Shown here piece after piece: positions 60,688 to 64,000 of a stretch of 64,000 bases of DNA (the stretch's first letter is position 1; every line of letters starts with the position of its first letter). The DNA is from Camelus ferus (Eukaryota), in the NCBI RefSeq assembly GCF_009834535.1, contig NC_045705.1:34348001-34412000 (forward strand). The letters run 5' to 3'. Both the position numbers and the translations under genes were made by a program. Under the pieces are notes generated by a model, which saw nothing but the letters and a program-made list of their open reading frames with translations, did not search any database and had not been told where the DNA came from.

Positions 60688-61623
60688 ATGGATCAGGGAA
60701 ATTATACCAGAGTGAAAGAAATTATTTTCCTAGGAATTACCCAGTCTCGAGAGCTAAGCTGGGTCTTATTTGTCTTCTTGTTTTCGGTGTACATGACGAC
60801 TCTGATGGGAAACCTCCTCATCATGGTCACGGTGACCTGTGAATCTCGCCTTCACACCCCCATGTACTTCCTGCTCCGCAATCTCTCTGTGCTTGACATC
60901 TGCTTCTCCTCCATCACAGCTCCTAAGGTCCTAGCTGATCTTCTATCAGAGAGAAAGACCATCTCCTTCAATGGCTGTGTCACTCAAATGTTCTTCTTCC
61001 ACCTTCTGGGTGGAGCGGATGTTTTTTCTCTCTCTGTGATGGCCTTTGATCGCTACATAGCCATCTCAAGACCCCTCCACTATATGACTGTCATGAGTAA
61101 GGAGAGATGCACCAGCCTGGTGGTGGCCTCCTGGGTGGGGGGCTTTGTCCACTCCATCGTGCAGATTTCCCTGTTGCTCCCACTCCCCTTCTGTGGTCCC
61201 AATGTTCTTGACACATTCTACTGTGATGTCCCCCAGGTCCTCAAACTCGCCTGCACTGACACCTTCACTCTGGAGCTCCTGATGATTTCCAATAACGGAC
61301 TTGTCAGTTGGTTTATATTCTTCTTTCTCCTCATATCTTACACAGTCATCCTCATGATGCTGAGGTCCCAGGCAGGGGAGGGCAGGAAGAAAGCCATCTC
61401 CACCTGCACCTCCCACATCACAGTGGTGACCCTGCACTTTGTGCCCTGCATCTACGTCTATGCCCGGCCCTTCACTGCCCTCCCCACGGATAAGGCCATC
61501 TCTGTCACCTTCACTGTCATCTCCCCTCTGCTCAACCCTATGATCTACACCCTGAGAAATCAGGAAATGAAGTCCGCCATGAGGAAATTAAAGAAACGAC
61601 TCGGGCATTCGGAAAAGATTTAA
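60688..61623 (+). CDS. OR4D9: OR4D9 orthologue, intact, 311 aa
   Basis: [57 protein letters not shown] match OR4D9 as recalled. Confidence 0.92.
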   Translation: MDQGNYTRVKEIIFLGITQSRELSWVLFVFLFSVYMTTLMGNLLIMVTVTCESRLHTPMYFLLRNLSVLDICFSSITAPKVLADLLSERKTISFNGCVTQMFFFHLLGGADVFSLSVMAFDRYIAISRPLHYMTVMSKERCTSLVVASWVGGFVHSIVQISLLLPLPFCGPNVLDTFYCDVPQVLKLACTDTFTLELLMISNNGLVSWFIFFFLLISYTVILMMLRSQAGEGRKKAISTCTSHITVVTLHFVPCIYVYARPFTALPTDKAISVTFTVISPLLNPMIYTLRNQEMKSAMRKLKKRLGHSEKI

Positions 61624-61743
61624 ATTCTTTGAGGATGAGATAATACCAACATTTTAAAATAAATACTAAATTTTACTTTCTCAAAATGGGAGGAGATCAT
61701 CTTAATGCCAAAAACAATTAACATCTACGGATACCATGGAGGC

Positions 61744-61835
61744 TTTTTTTTTTTTTCAGTGAAGGTGCTGGGGATTGAACCCAGGACCTTGTGCATGCTA
61801 AGCATGTGCTCCACCACTGAGCTCTACCCATCCCT
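61744..61835 (-). mobile_element. Vic-1-type SINE, short form
   Basis: ggtgctgggattgaacccaggaccttgtgcatgctaagcatgtgctccaccactgagctctacccatccc. Confidence 0.9.
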
Positions 61836-61929
61836 CCGTGGAGTCTTAAAGAGGTTGGTCCCAGAGCATGTGCTGGGGAACTAAGGGAGACATTGATTCA
61901 AGGTGAGGTCCGTCTATGTCTCCTACTAC

Positions 61930-62330
61930 CCACTTTCAATTATTCATTCCGTGAGTATTTACAGAGCACGTATTATGTGCCTGACAGTGCCAGGATTCAA
62001 ACTGCTGCAAAAAGATTAAACATACTGTCTTAGAGGCATACAGCAAGATGCTTTCACGAAGATATGAACAAAGTGTTGGGGAAATATTGTAAGCACTTTA
62101 CTTGGGAGTTTCAAAAGACATTTGGCAATAAGTAGATCTTTCCAAGGGTAAAAAGGCAGAGAGGGACAGTTCAAGCAAATAAACCAGTGTGTGCAGAGGG
62201 AAAGAACGGTGTAAGAGTGTGTCACATTTGTGTGACAGTGAACCCGTTATAGCCACAAAGTAGCACACTCGTGGAGTGAAGACCAGTGCTTGACATTTAA
62301 AAGGAAAACTGAGATGGAAGAATTCCATAC
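61930..62330 (-). mobile_element. L2 fragment
   Basis: ttattcattccgtgagtatttacagagcacgtattatgtgcctgacagtgcc. Confidence 0.6.
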
Positions 62331-62859
62331 ATGGTCCCCTGAGCAACACAAATCTGCACTTTCTACTGGGGAGAGAGGATCCCCAGATCACTCCAAGACC
62401 GTGGTTTCCTCCTGGGCAGAAGGAGGTACAAGGGACTATTCATACAGAAATACACTGATGTAGCAGCTGTAAGGATGCTCACCAGATGCTAAGCACTCCT
62501 GTGGGAAGGAGGTGACTCCCCATCAAGTAGCACGTTATCCCAATCGTAGACCAGCCAGACCCAAATTTCTCATTGTTTCTGCACATGGGACCTCCCAACT
62601 CCTTGGCACTTTCCACTCAACCCATTAGAAGCTAAAGAAAGGCTAATAAAAAGCATGGCGTTTTAATCCGTGAATCTGACATTTTGCTCATCTCTCTAAC
62701 GAAAAGGAATGAGAACAGTGCTAAGAGAAGGCTTTTCTAATGATCCAGCTAATGTTTTGCTGGGCTGTATTCACATCACTGTACTATGTCTCCAGTTATG
62801 ATAAAGTTCAAGCCATAGAAGCCAGCACTCACGTCTAATCAAAGTGGATTAAATACTAT

Positions 62860-63760
62860 GTTTAAAAAACATCCAAATTTGAAGTAGTTAAGCACAATAA
62901 AAATGTATTTCCTGCTCATGTTACAGGCCAATGCTGGTCTTTAGAAAGAGCTGTTCCGTGCAGTCATTTAAAGAGGCAGGTTTCTTCCATGTTGGGCTCT
63001 GCCTTTCTCTAGATCCTGAGACTCCTCTACCTTTATCCAGCAAATGGAGGAAGGAGGAGAGGGTTAAGAATCACATGGGATGGAATACTATTCAGCCATA
63101 AAAAAGAATGAAATAATGCCATTGCAGCAACATGGACTGACCTGGAGATCGTCATTCTAAAGTGAAGTAAGCCAGAAAGAGAAAGAAAACTACCATATGA
63201 TATCACTCATATGTGGGATCTTAAAAAAAATGAATATATTTACAAAACAGAAACACACTTGCAGACATAGAAAGCAAACTTATGGTTACCAGAGGGGAAA
63301 GGGAGTAGGGTGGGATAAATTGGGAGTTTGAGATTTGCAGATACTAACCATTGTATATGAAATAAACACATTTCTACTGTATGGCACAGGGAACTATATT
63401 CAATATCTTGTAGTAACACATAATGAAAAAGAATATGAAAAGGAATATATGTACATATCTGTATGACTGAAATGTTATGCTGTACACCAGAAATTGACAC
63501 AACACTGTAAACTGACTATACTTAAATAAAAAGAAAAAAATGATGCAGAGAGGAGAGGGGTGGTTATGAGCCAGTCCTGGGAACAGTGTGCATCACTTCT
63601 GACCATATTCCCTGGGCTCTGGGCTAGCCCTCAGTCCTGTAGCCCTGATTAACGGCAAGGGAGTCTGGAGAATGTAATCTTGCTCTGTTCCCAGCAAGAA
63701 GAGGAGAACATGCAGACCGGTGAACTTGAGGGATCTCTTCCACATACATGACTCATTGCT
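62860..63760 (-). mobile_element. MLT1-type LTR split by an L1 3'-end insertion
   Basis: aagcacaataaaaatgtatttcctgctcatgttacaggcc...; resumes at 63541 with gagccagtcctgggaacagtgtgcatcacttctgaccatatt. Confidence 0.65.
63080..63540 (+). mobile_element. Type-A L1 3' end
   Basis: atggaatactattcagccataaaaaagaatgaaataatgcc...gaaattgacacaacactgtaaactgactatactt plus A-tail. Confidence 0.9.
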
Positions 63761-64000
63761 AAGAAATCACGATTGGATCAGATTGCAAGGACTAAGACAT
63801 TGCCTCTGAAAAGATTTCTCTTCGTACACAGAAATGTTTGCTCGGTAGTACTACTGGACTCTTGGAAGGCACAGAGAACCAAATCAAAATGAGATATGAG
63901 GAAAAGAAACTTAATTTAAAGGAAGAGGGAAGTGATCTGGGGATGAGGATGACCTAGCCTAGCAGGTCAGATTCCAAATGACAGAACACTGGAGTAGCGT

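Noticed and set aside
1-64000. CRISPR arrays, prokaryotic operons or defence systems
   Set aside because: The sequence is mammalian, and all tandem repeats seen are simple microsatellites.

Overview
Mammalian genomic DNA, most likely a camelid (seven tRNA-Ala-derived Vic-1-type SINEs). The window is an olfactory receptor (OR) cluster matching the human 11q12.1 order: OR5A1, OR4D6, an extra OR4D-like gene, OR4D10, OR4D11, OR4D9. All six single-exon CDSs are on the + strand, and two are interrupted by N-gaps. The intergenic DNA is mostly old repeats (ERV1 relic, MaLR/ERVL LTRs, L1, L2, MIR) plus lineage-specific SINEs and short L1 3' ends. The most notable non-coding structure is a ~200-350 bp module repeated once 3-6.3 kb upstream of each OR4D gene. 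It carries a homeodomain (TAAT) site, a 1-bp spacer, a degenerate O/E (EBF) site and a downstream splice donor. The copy before OR4D9 holds the exact 13-mer AACTTTTTAATGA known from the mouse H and P OR enhancers, and a degenerate sixth copy near 9.7 kb has no OR CDS of its own. The OR4D CDSs also show sharply bounded gene-conversion-like tracts. Gene symbols and repeat family names come from recalled sequences and gene order, not a database search. Repeat boundaries are approximate, and regulatory calls are motif-based inference.
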